From a virus: DNA of 64,000 bases. Below are positions 34,701 to 43,332 of the stretch, in pieces. Positions within the stretch are counted from its first letter, which is position 1. Each line of letters begins with the position of its first letter. The stretch lies in the IMG/VR virus record IMGVR_UViG_3300029704_000004. One strand, given 5' to 3'. The position numbers and the translations under genes are program-made. The notes under the pieces were generated by a model. It saw only the letters and a list, made by a program, of their open reading frames with translations, was not told the origin of the DNA and did not search any database.

Positions 34701-35234
34701 AAGAGTCAACTTGAAGTTCCAGATGTATTCGATATTGATTATCAAGAAGTTCTTCCAAGTAATGAAGGATTTGGTGGTCTTGCTAGAAAAGAAGAATCCA
34801 TTCTTAGTAAACATGGATATATTTGGTTTGATTCTGTAAATAAAGTTATATTCAAGTTTGAAAATGGTAAAGCTGAAATTCTTTCAACTAATATAAATAA
34901 CTTGATTAAATCTCTCGATATAGATTATGTTGTATTCGGAGAAGATTTGAAAACTAATAGATTGCTTATTTGTATTTGGTTAAATCAAACGATTGATGGA
35001 AATCTTCGTAATAACCAATACTATATAACTTTAAGTTATAACTTTAATCTTAATGATTATATAAGTCTTCATGATTATTCTTTTACTGCTAATTATAGAA
35101 CTTATAATAATAGTTATTTCTTTAACGAAAAAGTTGATAGAGCTAGACTATATGAGTTTGACGAATCTGAAACTGATTACAAAAATCTTGCTAGTGTTAA
35201 TAACGTTTTATATCCAACAATATATACTAAATAG
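31758..35234 (+). CDS. large tail structural protein (1158 aa)
   Basis: Size, beta-rich Asn/Tyr-rich composition and position in the tail operon. No catalytic motif recognised. Confidence 0.6.
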   Translation: MEIVPKLDLNRNPKEVKCGSLIAAKNVMTDDSGSYFTNEYGFGVSFETDTDDEDLDTSNHPSEYIVGVIPCNKEIVIFTYSAYEEKARIYRKPDEGKAYEVSTNWEYHGGKITGSYTYNYKGELIIVVAESDAVDLNNNKIYVPLKTWNLNTGSTGLEHGIEESIPKAKVNYDITNGSLNCGVYTFFIRYQIDDYNYTKWFQITDDIIIINDEGKDVPIHNFLDSKSALTRYNTDGNGNPTTEFEPFLVNGNDKSNKGVYFTLDIDKSYKFTKYQIGYIVKHNDAVDGRIFNTYSIDITSLMFNTNTYIEEESVDEMLREPVQLYDVKNVINYNNRIYVSNYNENLNEDLTGNNKNVHVDIETKNISDYSKSVVTTKQLIITTNFAIGNSTSVNDVWAADKYTISKNEDLIEYVIKPEYITEFIRKFFTSAIKVFGYGSTISIDHDNIENLPNNPKNEPYMTRSRFSLYIGIISEGTSQQVAIYDSHSQKAINIDSIVIRNGYIVITIKGNKYLMNKSTDFQVLIEQDLFFRNGSTITQRAFYNQPLLHNPPYTYTMGYGMNSSAYEATTISSNNHTSPFNNFRSLIPGQIYSFYIHYIRKDGSATNGFIVQNEVDEKSNQSISDKEADTGAKFDVVVNNVGNKLFRVPTVANDNILIFPRFKVDVIPSNYIGWFGSYEKVEDMAYPCTIINGELNGHRFTVTNTNFEYKEDSIQGNKYFFIKSDEIGDNNTESLTSHVKPTIHPNISFGIVPKGNVGDKIVVYNDNKDVYNKSVKTLYRVTDNNYETGYSKDNHKYTPSFYNQDKIVTYNKEIIANPTASFVLNTNSQKLNGYTISMDDSYSYNKYPTNAYSIKQDYNEGAVSLTNEEGKSLGVYYNKVLSPDRLRDFLELKECYKSAPLKSYTNYSKDYIDSFDKTIRRSDVISDESLVNGFKNFNVEQYKIITENKGSITNIVGIGLYMLVHTQYSLFVFDRTPKLTQKSQLEVPDVFDIDYQEVLPSNEGFGGLARKEESILSKHGYIWFDSVNKVIFKFENGKAEILSTNINNLIKSLDIDYVVFGEDLKTNRLLICIWLNQTIDGNLRNNQYYITLSYNFNLNDYISLHDYSFTANYRTYNNSYFFNEKVDRARLYEFDESETDYKNLASVNNVLYPTIYTK

Positions 35235-35236
35235 AT

Positions 35237-37129
35237 ATGGGCTTACAAAGATTAATTAATGTAGGGGTTTCTAATATATATTATGAAGAAAATGGAAATA
35301 TCCGTTTAACTTATTATATAGATGGAGATGCTATGTCCGGAGCTGGACAAGTTAATATTAAAATAGAACTTGATAATGCTCAAGTTGCAAATAGTAATGT
35401 TGATGCATCATTTCCAGGTAGAACTTCCCTAAATACAACTGTTGGTTTGAGTTCTAGAGTTCCTGGTTCTACACATAATATTAAAATTACTGGTACAAAA
35501 AATGGAGTTGTTAGAACTGCTAGTAAAAGTAATACTTTTCCAGTTCAATCAGATTTAGATAAAATAGATATTAATTTTACTCATAGAGAAACTATCCCAG
35601 AAAAGATATTAACTGATACTTTTTCTTTCATTAATATTGGTAATTTCGGTGGAGTAAGATTTGCTATTGATGAAGATGTAACTGATAGTAGTACTAAATA
35701 CGAAACAAACTCTATACAGACTATACCAAATAATGATAATAAAAGCCACGTTATTAATTATAGGTATAAATGTGGAGATTTAGATGCTACTAAAAGTTAT
35801 ACTGTTGACCATAGTACAAGTGAACCTGAACATAGAGTTCCTTATGTTTATCCAAATCCTGTATTAACTCAAGTAGATAACAACCATTACGAAATAAGTA
35901 TTCATGATTTTACTAACGATGGTTCTAGATACGGAGTTACTGATACTAGTAAAATTAAAGTTCGAGTAACTTATAACAATAAATATATAGATTTTGATTA
36001 TGCCGATTTTACAGGTAATAAATTAAATGTAGAATTAAATTATAGTACTAAAATTACTTGTTTTGTTTATAATACTGAATACAGTACTGATAAATCAGAA
36101 GATGTAATTCTTAAATTTGTATATAAGATTCCTGAAGTTAAGATGTTAAAACCGATTATTAGTTGGAAATATATGAGAACTGGTAGACCAGGAGATAAAA
36201 GAAGAAAAGCAGGAATAATAATTACTGGTAATTTTGATGCTATTAAAAATTTGAATATTAAAGAATTTCCTAATATCGAATCTGATGGTACATTATATAC
36301 AATTTATACTAAAGACGGAAGTATACCAAATATAGATAATACAATAGAAAAATTAACAGAAGAGAAAACAATATTAGATACTAATAATGCTATTTATTAT
36401 TTTAGAAATGTATTTGTTTATAATGATAAAAAACGAAATCCTACATATTCAGATTCTTTAAGATTTGTATATAATGTTAGCGGAGAAGGAAATCCATTTT
36501 ATTTTGATTACGAAAAACCAAGTTTGGAATCTCCCAGTAATATTTGTAGTTATCTTGATGTTATTTATAATAATGATTATAATAATTCTAAGTCTCTAGA
36601 ATCAATTAATTATATTCTTAATTATTTTGATAATAGATATTCTTTAAATGCTAAAAATATTTATAACGTAGCTGAAGATGGTTTAAGACGTAGATATGCT
36701 GGTTACTATCTTGATGTTTACACAGATGAAACTCAAGCTATAAATCTTAAACTTAGTGATGGTTCTAATGATACTGATGAAAACAATAGAGATACTTTCA
36801 ATCATTATAATGATTATAAGTTTGCTAAGTTTGACAAAGGTAGTTGGAACTTTAATTACTTTAGAAATGGTTTTAATAGAGGTAATACTGAATTATCTGA
36901 AACTGAACTTGTAAGAGCTTGTAATTATATTTATTATAATCCAAGTACTAAGCAAAATGAAGTTCATGTTATTACTGAAGAAGATTTAAAGAAATCTCCA
37001 TTATATAAATCCGATAATAGAAGTTTAATTTATGGAAAGTATATTGTTACTAGATTTATATTTAATAATGATGATGCTGCTCATAGATTTAAACTTGAAA
37101 ATATAACATTTAATATTCAACCATATTAA
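35237..37129 (+). CDS. tail-associated structural protein (630 aa)
   Basis: Tightly coupled to its neighbours and beta-rich. Function is inferred from context. Confidence 0.55.
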   Translation: MGLQRLINVGVSNIYYEENGNIRLTYYIDGDAMSGAGQVNIKIELDNAQVANSNVDASFPGRTSLNTTVGLSSRVPGSTHNIKITGTKNGVVRTASKSNTFPVQSDLDKIDINFTHRETIPEKILTDTFSFINIGNFGGVRFAIDEDVTDSSTKYETNSIQTIPNNDNKSHVINYRYKCGDLDATKSYTVDHSTSEPEHRVPYVYPNPVLTQVDNNHYEISIHDFTNDGSRYGVTDTSKIKVRVTYNNKYIDFDYADFTGNKLNVELNYSTKITCFVYNTEYSTDKSEDVILKFVYKIPEVKMLKPIISWKYMRTGRPGDKRRKAGIIITGNFDAIKNLNIKEFPNIESDGTLYTIYTKDGSIPNIDNTIEKLTEEKTILDTNNAIYYFRNVFVYNDKKRNPTYSDSLRFVYNVSGEGNPFYFDYEKPSLESPSNICSYLDVIYNNDYNNSKSLESINYILNYFDNRYSLNAKNIYNVAEDGLRRRYAGYYLDVYTDETQAINLKLSDGSNDTDENNRDTFNHYNDYKFAKFDKGSWNFNYFRNGFNRGNTELSETELVRACNYIYYNPSTKQNEVHVITEEDLKKSPLYKSDNRSLIYGKYIVTRFIFNNDDAAHRFKLENITFNIQPY

Positions 37130-37131
37130 TT

Positions 37132-40100
37132 ATGACAAAGAAGTGTAATAGATTAAGAGGTGAACGACCTAAAGCATTTTGGGGTGCTTTAGTTGGTGGT
37201 GCTATGAATTTAATTGGTAGTGCTATTAGTTCTAAATCTCAAGCTAGAGCTATCAGAAGACAAATTGAAGCTCAGAAAGAAGCTGCTCGAACTCAATTAG
37301 AGTTAGCTAATAATAGTAATCTTGCTAGTACGTTGAATAGTTATGTAACTGCTACAAGAAGTTATAATGATGAAGATGATTATAATTTAAAGTATCGTCT
37401 TGGTGGTAATAAACGTTTAGAAAGTAATAGAATTTATATTACTGATGGAGGCAATGCTACTAAGATTGGAAATGATACATACCTTTTACGGGGGGGTTCT
37501 CACGAGCAAACCAATGAGACTGGTCAAACAGGTATTGGTATCAATGTTGGTGGTAACGAAGTTGAAGCTGAGGGAGGTGAAGTTGCTCAGAAGAAGAATG
37601 GTGCTCTAAGAATCTTTAGTGCTCAACCTATTCTTGGTAATGGTATGAGTCCTGCTCAAGCTATTCTTAGAGGTTATAATAAAGATAAAGTATTTAATGC
37701 TCAACAAGCATTTAAGAGAAGAAATGGTCTTAAAGATGATGGAGGTAAAGCAAAATGGGGTATTGGATGGCTTGACAGTTTATTTGGAAACGATAATCCT
37801 AAAAAGAAAACTGTTCATTTTTATAAATCTCAAGCTACAGGTAAAGTATTTAAAACTAGACAAGAAGCTATAGCCGAAAATAATAAATATAAAACTAATT
37901 TAGGTTATAGAAGAACTATCAATAGAGAACGAGAATTTGAAGCTGCTAAAAACAAAAGCGGTAATGAACGAATACCTTATATTAAAGAAAAAGAAATTAA
38001 ATTAAGTAAGGCAGGTAAATTAACAGGAATAAAACTTACTACTAATCAATTAGATAGTATTGCTAAATATGCAAATAAAGTAGGACTTCCTATTAAAACT
38101 GCTTTAGGATTGGTTGGACAAGAAAGTGCTTTTGGAAACTATTTTGGTTATGCAAATAATGCTAAATTTCTAAATGAATATCATAAACAAGGAGAAATGA
38201 ATAGAGATATTTTTGGTATTCCTGCATATAATATAGTAAATTACGAAAGATTACTTCCTAATAAAATACCAACATTGGTAGATGATAATGCCATAAATGA
38301 TAAATACGCAAAAAGAGGTATAAATAAATTTGGATATTCTGCTGTAATCAATGGTGATGAATTAGATAAACTTAAAGTTCAACATGAAGCTTATCCAGGT
38401 CTTGCTAAAAAACGTGCAAAATTTTGGAAAGATATTAAAGTTCCAACTTTGGAATTGGCATTTAAAGCTTATAAAGACCATCCGAATTTATATAATGCTG
38501 GTAATCCTAATCAACAAAATTTAGTTAATAACAAAGCTAATGATGTTTGGGGAAGTCCAGAAATTCAAAAATGGTATAGAACATCTCCTTATGTAAAACA
38601 TCGTCTTGGTGGTCGTTGTAAACTTAGAAATGACGGTTTAACTTCTAAAGATAGAGGTTCTTCTAAACGTCTTTATCCTTCGGTATCATCTAAAGATTTT
38701 GCAGGTGGTGGTAGAAGTTATCCTATTCCAACTAAAGCTGATGCTGTTGATGCTTTAAGACTTGCTGGTCTTCATGGAAGAAGTGATGTTAGAAGTAAAG
38801 TATATAGTAAATATCCTAGTCTTCGTCCTAAAGCTAGAATTGGTGGCAGTTGGAAAGCTCCAGTTTATAATACTAATAAATATAGAGTTTCCAATCGTAT
38901 GAGAAGACAAATAGCAACTTGGGAAGGTTCTGATTTTGCAGGTCAAAATAGAAGATTCAAAGGTGATGCTATTGGTGCTAAAGAAAGAGAACTTAGACGA
39001 ATAATGGGAAGAACTTATAATTATCTTAATGATAATCAAAGAGATTCTCTTAATAGTATTTACTATAATAGTCGAGTTGATACTTTCAAAAATGCTTTTG
39101 GTAAATGGTTTAGAAATTTAAATAGTGCAGTAGATAGAGGTGATGAACGTGCGTTCAATAATAGTCTTGCTGGTATTAGACAAAGTATGACTGTTGGAGA
39201 AAATAGAAAAAGTATGAGTGGTTTAGCTAAACGTAGAGCTTGGGAAAGAAATTGGTTTGGCAATCCTATTCCAATGGATAGTAATGAAACTAAAGCTATT
39301 CTTAATCAACAAGCTGAAGCTAAAATGGTTCAACCTACAGATAATACTAGAGTTGTTATTCAGCCTGAGTATATTGAAATTCCTACTCCTGTCGGTCATG
39401 GTGTTGTTCCAGTAGATAATCCAGACCCTAATTTATTGCAAGGTAATATTAAAGATAATTTAATTAATATGGGAAATAAATTTAGATTAGGACAAAGATG
39501 TGGTGGAAGTACTAGAATGCGTAAAGCCTTAGGTGGTGAAAGCCGCCCCGTAAAAGGCATGAGACGTAAACTTGCTTGGGGTGATGTAACTTATCCTTAT
39601 CGTAGAAATAATAATTTTGATTATTGGGATATTATAGACCAAGAACAAAAAATTAATGATAAAGGTGGTATAAGTCCTTGGACAACATCTAATAAATACG
39701 ATGTTAAAGTTCCTTATGTAATTACTAAGAGTACTCCTACTATTCCTTATACAAGTCAAGTTAGTACTCCAACTTCTGGAGTTTCTGAAAATAAGACTAT
39801 TCCTACTTATACTGGTAATAAGTCGGGTATGATAATTCGTGATGCTGATTGGTATGGTCTTGGAGCTGATTTAGTTTCTAGTATTGGAGGAAGTATTCTT
39901 GGTTTGGGTGCTTATAAAAACTTAGATTTTGATTATAATCTTCCAAACTTTGTAGAGGAAAGTCCAGTTGCTCTTAATACTACTTATCATAATGAAGCTC
40001 AAAAGTCTAATGTTGAACGTAATCGTTTAAATAGTAGAAATAGTATTCTTAGAAATACTATGAGTGGTAGTACTGCTGTTGGTCGTATGCAAGGTGTTGA

Positions 40101-40680
40101 TACTAACGCTTTATATCAACTTAATCAACTTGCTGATGAAAAAACTAATAAAGAAACTGAACTTATGAATCAGAATCTTTTGAACGAACAACAAGTTAGA
40201 GCTAGAAACGCTGCTGCTAGAAATCAGTATTATAATACTGTTGCTAGTATTAAGAATGCTGCTATTCAAGCTAAGAATGAAGCTGAACTTGCTAAGGGAC
40301 AAATTCTTAGTGGAAGTCTTCAAGGTATTGGAAATAGTTTCCAAAACTTTATTAGTCAAGGTCGTCAAAATTATGATGATACTCAAGCTATGCTTATGGG
40401 AGTTGCAGCTTCTGATTATGCTACTCCATCTAGATTACTTGAACTTGGTGTTGATGTTGGTGATGATGCTGCTCTTGCAGGTATTTATCGTTCAGCTATG
40501 AATATTCCAAATCCAGGTGCTAGACCTAAGAGAGAAGACTATTCAGATAATACTGAATATAGTTATGCTCTTACTAGATGGGAGAATCAGAACAAAGCAT
40601 ACCAAAGAAGAAATAGTTATGCTGATTTAATTAAAGGTAGAATGAGTAAAAAGAATCTTATTAAATACGGTATTATTTAA
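37132..40680 (+). CDS. virion-associated protein with two lysozyme-like (SLT-like and GH24-like) segments
   Basis: LGLVGQESAFGNY (Glu at 38122-38124) resembles the lytic-transglycosylase E-S motif. IATWEGS...NDNQRDSLNSIYYNSRVDTF resembles the phage-lysozyme EG...Q-x-x-L-x-S-x-x-(F/Y)N pattern. The C-terminus is a long Q/N/A-rich coiled coil. Confidence 0.5.
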   Translation: MTKKCNRLRGERPKAFWGALVGGAMNLIGSAISSKSQARAIRRQIEAQKEAARTQLELANNSNLASTLNSYVTATRSYNDEDDYNLKYRLGGNKRLESNRIYITDGGNATKIGNDTYLLRGGSHEQTNETGQTGIGINVGGNEVEAEGGEVAQKKNGALRIFSAQPILGNGMSPAQAILRGYNKDKVFNAQQAFKRRNGLKDDGGKAKWGIGWLDSLFGNDNPKKKTVHFYKSQATGKVFKTRQEAIAENNKYKTNLGYRRTINREREFEAAKNKSGNERIPYIKEKEIKLSKAGKLTGIKLTTNQLDSIAKYANKVGLPIKTALGLVGQESAFGNYFGYANNAKFLNEYHKQGEMNRDIFGIPAYNIVNYERLLPNKIPTLVDDNAINDKYAKRGINKFGYSAVINGDELDKLKVQHEAYPGLAKKRAKFWKDIKVPTLELAFKAYKDHPNLYNAGNPNQQNLVNNKANDVWGSPEIQKWYRTSPYVKHRLGGRCKLRNDGLTSKDRGSSKRLYPSVSSKDFAGGGRSYPIPTKADAVDALRLAGLHGRSDVRSKVYSKYPSLRPKARIGGSWKAPVYNTNKYRVSNRMRRQIATWEGSDFAGQNRRFKGDAIGAKERELRRIMGRTYNYLNDNQRDSLNSIYYNSRVDTFKNAFGKWFRNLNSAVDRGDERAFNNSLAGIRQSMTVGENRKSMSGLAKRRAWERNWFGNPIPMDSNETKAILNQQAEAKMVQPTDNTRVVIQPEYIEIPTPVGHGVVPVDNPDPNLLQGNIKDNLINMGNKFRLGQRCGGSTRMRKALGGESRPVKGMRRKLAWGDVTYPYRRNNNFDYWDIIDQEQKINDKGGISPWTTSNKYDVKVPYVITKSTPTIPYTSQVSTPTSGVSENKTIPTYTGNKSGMIIRDADWYGLGADLVSSIGGSILGLGAYKNLDFDYNLPNFVEESPVALNTTYHNEAQKSNVERNRLNSRNSILRNTMSGSTAVGRMQGVDTNALYQLNQLADEKTNKETELMNQNLLNEQQVRARNAAARNQYYNTVASIKNAAIQAKNEAELAKGQILSGSLQGIGNSFQNFISQGRQNYDDTQAMLMGVAASDYATPSRLLELGVDVGDDAALAGIYRSAMNIPNPGARPKREDYSDNTEYSYALTRWENQNKAYQRRNSYADLIKGRMSKKNLIKYGII
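37475..37500 (+). repeat. GC-rich dispersed repeat, copy L (+, G7), intragenic
   Basis: ATACATACCTTTTACGGGGGGGTTCT, read as TYLLRGGS. Confidence 0.9.
39538..39561 (-). repeat. GC-rich dispersed repeat, copy M (-), intragenic
   Basis: The + strand reads GAAAGCCGCCCCGTAAAAGGCATG, read as ESRPVKGM. Confidence 0.9.
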
Positions 40681-40692
40681 AATAAATAAATA

Positions 40693-40724
40693 GTTCTAGT
40701 GAAATTTTGTTCACTAGAACTTTT
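40693..40724 (+). terminator. rho-independent terminator
   Basis: GTTCTAGTGAA-ATTTTG-TTCACTAGAAC followed by TTTT. Confidence 0.8.
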
Positions 40725-40728
40725 ATCG

Positions 40729-40736
40729 TATATTTG
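40729..40736 (+). promoter_or_regulatory. Bacteroidota-type -7 promoter box
   Basis: TATATTTG followed by CA, 28 nt upstream of ATG 40764 and immediately after the terminator. Confidence 0.6.
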
Positions 40737-40763
40737 CATTAGTAATAATAAAAATAAATAGAT

Positions 40764-43331
40764 ATGCCAAACGTAATAAATTATGGAAATCCTGTTCCAT
40801 TAAGAGCCCCTCATCGTAGAAATGTAGAAGCATTTACAAATGCTCTTAATAAAATTGATGAGAAAGCTAAAGAGAGTTTACAAACTCAGAACCAAATTAA
40901 AATGGCTTTAGCTAATTTAGATATTAATGCTGCTGAAGATAGTTGGAAAGCTGGTTATGTAAGAAATATTCAGAATCAACTTGATGATGCTGCTATGTAT
41001 GGAGATTATTCTCGTAGTCTTAATACTGCAAGAGAACTTGCTGGTCAAGTAGCTTCTGACCCTGCTGTTCTTGGAAGAGTTAGAGCACAAGCTGCATATA
41101 AAACTTTTATGGACAATCTTGATAAGAGACAAGATATTACTCAAGATGTTAAGAATTGGGCTAAAGATAACAATCCTTACCACTATCAAGACCAAGTAGA
41201 TAAAGAAGGACATATTATTGGTGGTACAAATTGGGAACCAAATAGAACTCCAGTTAGTACTGTTGATTTAAGTAATCTTATGACTAAAGCAAAACAATGG
41301 GTTGCTGTTCATAAAGGTAGTGGAGTTAGTGATATTAAATATGTTGATGCTGATGGTAATCTTACTTCTGACCCAGGTAAAAATTTTTATGGTTTAGCTT
41401 ATAAGAAATCTGGTAGTTGGGAATATGTTAGTGAGAAAGATTTAAATGATGCTCTTAAATCTGCTATTGATACAACTCCTGGTGCTAGAGCAAGTCTTCA
41501 ACAAGATTACGAAGTTGCGCTTTGGAAATATAATAAAATGACTCCTGAAGAAAAGAAGAAGAATATTGATTCTGATATTACTGAAAATGGTCTTCTTCTT
41601 AATCCTGAAGAATATCTTGCAAAGAGAGTTAAACCTGGTATTCATGCTATGAGTTATTATAATAGCGGTTCGGATATAGAAGTTGGTAACGGACAAGCTG
41701 CATATAGACAAGATGTTGCTGCACGTCAAGCTGCGGCTCAACAAGCTGCTGCATTAAATATGAATCTTGATGCTACAAACGAAGGTGCTGCTATTGATGT
41801 AGATGTTCCAGATATTATTGGTACAACTAAAGTAGGTCTTGATGAAACTCTTAATACTCTTAGAACTTTGTTTCCAAAACTTTCTAAAAGTAATGCTTTT
41901 CAAAGAGGAGTTAATCAAGGAAGATATAATGAACTTGCTAATCTTTGTCGTCATAGTATGACTAGTAACGACCCAGTTGTAAGACATCAAGCTAGACAAG
42001 CAATTACAGCTTTAAGAACTTATGGTAATCAATATAATCATTATGTTTCAGGTCTTAGTAAACCTGAACAAGATGCTGTGGCTTTTGATGCTGCTAGACG
42101 TGCTGGTTCTAGATTACCTGCAAATAATGAGTTTACTAGAGAATATAATCAACAGATTAATCATTTATTTGATAATGGAAAAATTAGAGAACTTGGTTAT
42201 AAATGTTATGATGATGAACAATACAATGCTATTTCTCAAGCAATGGGTTGTCATTCTGAATCAGATTGGAGAAGAAAAGGTTTTAGAATTACTTCTGTAA
42301 ATGGACAAAAGACTATTACTTTTGACAAGAACAATACTTGGCTTTCTAAACTTAGTGATAGTGTTGATTCTTCTATGGGATTTTGGAAAGGTATTGGCAG
42401 TAGTTTTAGTAATGCTTTTACTGGAGGTGGAGCTGGAATTATAGATATGTCTGATGGTTCACAAGTTCGTAATGCTAATTATACATTTAAAAATCTTGGA
42501 ACAATAAATGTTGCAGGTATTGATATTTTAAATCCAGCATCTAATAGTCCAGCACAAGCTGCTTCTTGGAGAGCTAATACGATAAACCAACGTAGAGGTT
42601 TTGGCAAAGTTCCAATTAACTCTAAGATGTATAGTTCTACTCTTGATAGAAATGCTTTATTTAATAAATATACAAGTGGACAAATCAATAAAGAAACTTA
42701 CGATGTTGGTCTTGCTAAAATTACTCATGATGAAGATAATCTTACTAATCCAAGTTTATTGATGAATGCAGCTCTGTATGTTGACGGTAAACGTATTCCA
42801 GAAGATGAAAAAGCTCAATATATTGAAGCTATAACTCAAGCTAAACAAGAGAACGTTCTTAATGTAACTGTTGGTAGAAATCATGGTTTAGCTCAAACTG
42901 TTACTGAATTTAATATTGGTAAAGCTGAGAATAGTACTCCACAAACTATTACAATGGTTGGAGCTAATGGTTCTACAGTTCTTCAAAGTTATGAAAGAAA
43001 TACTTCTACTTTAGCTAGAGATGAAGCTACTCAATTAAACATTAGCGGAACTTCTAAATCATTAGGTAATGGAGTTACTATTAGTAATGTTACAAATAAT
43101 AATGCTCTTTATACTAATGCTTATGGTAGACGAACTGTTATTAGTAGAAGTCAAGCTGAGAATATTTTAAGGCGAGAACTTAATCGCCAACAAATAGCTG
43201 ATGCTTTATATATGGGAGAAGGTGATAGTGTTATAAAAAAGGCTATCGTTAAATCATTAACTGAGTCTGGAAAACCAATTAATGATATTACTGTAGCACA
43301 AGAATTTAAATATATTAAAGATAATTATTAA
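40764..43331 (+). CDS. large virion/cargo protein of unknown function (855 aa)
   Basis: First gene of the giant-protein operon. No motif recognised. Confidence 0.6.
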   Translation: MPNVINYGNPVPLRAPHRRNVEAFTNALNKIDEKAKESLQTQNQIKMALANLDINAAEDSWKAGYVRNIQNQLDDAAMYGDYSRSLNTARELAGQVASDPAVLGRVRAQAAYKTFMDNLDKRQDITQDVKNWAKDNNPYHYQDQVDKEGHIIGGTNWEPNRTPVSTVDLSNLMTKAKQWVAVHKGSGVSDIKYVDADGNLTSDPGKNFYGLAYKKSGSWEYVSEKDLNDALKSAIDTTPGARASLQQDYEVALWKYNKMTPEEKKKNIDSDITENGLLLNPEEYLAKRVKPGIHAMSYYNSGSDIEVGNGQAAYRQDVAARQAAAQQAAALNMNLDATNEGAAIDVDVPDIIGTTKVGLDETLNTLRTLFPKLSKSNAFQRGVNQGRYNELANLCRHSMTSNDPVVRHQARQAITALRTYGNQYNHYVSGLSKPEQDAVAFDAARRAGSRLPANNEFTREYNQQINHLFDNGKIRELGYKCYDDEQYNAISQAMGCHSESDWRRKGFRITSVNGQKTITFDKNNTWLSKLSDSVDSSMGFWKGIGSSFSNAFTGGGAGIIDMSDGSQVRNANYTFKNLGTINVAGIDILNPASNSPAQAASWRANTINQRRGFGKVPINSKMYSSTLDRNALFNKYTSGQINKETYDVGLAKITHDEDNLTNPSLLMNAALYVDGKRIPEDEKAQYIEAITQAKQENVLNVTVGRNHGLAQTVTEFNIGKAENSTPQTITMVGANGSTVLQSYERNTSTLARDEATQLNISGTSKSLGNGVTISNVTNNNALYTNAYGRRTVISRSQAENILRRELNRQQIADALYMGEGDSVIKKAIVKSLTESGKPINDITVAQEFKYIKDNY

Positions 43332-43332
43332 T

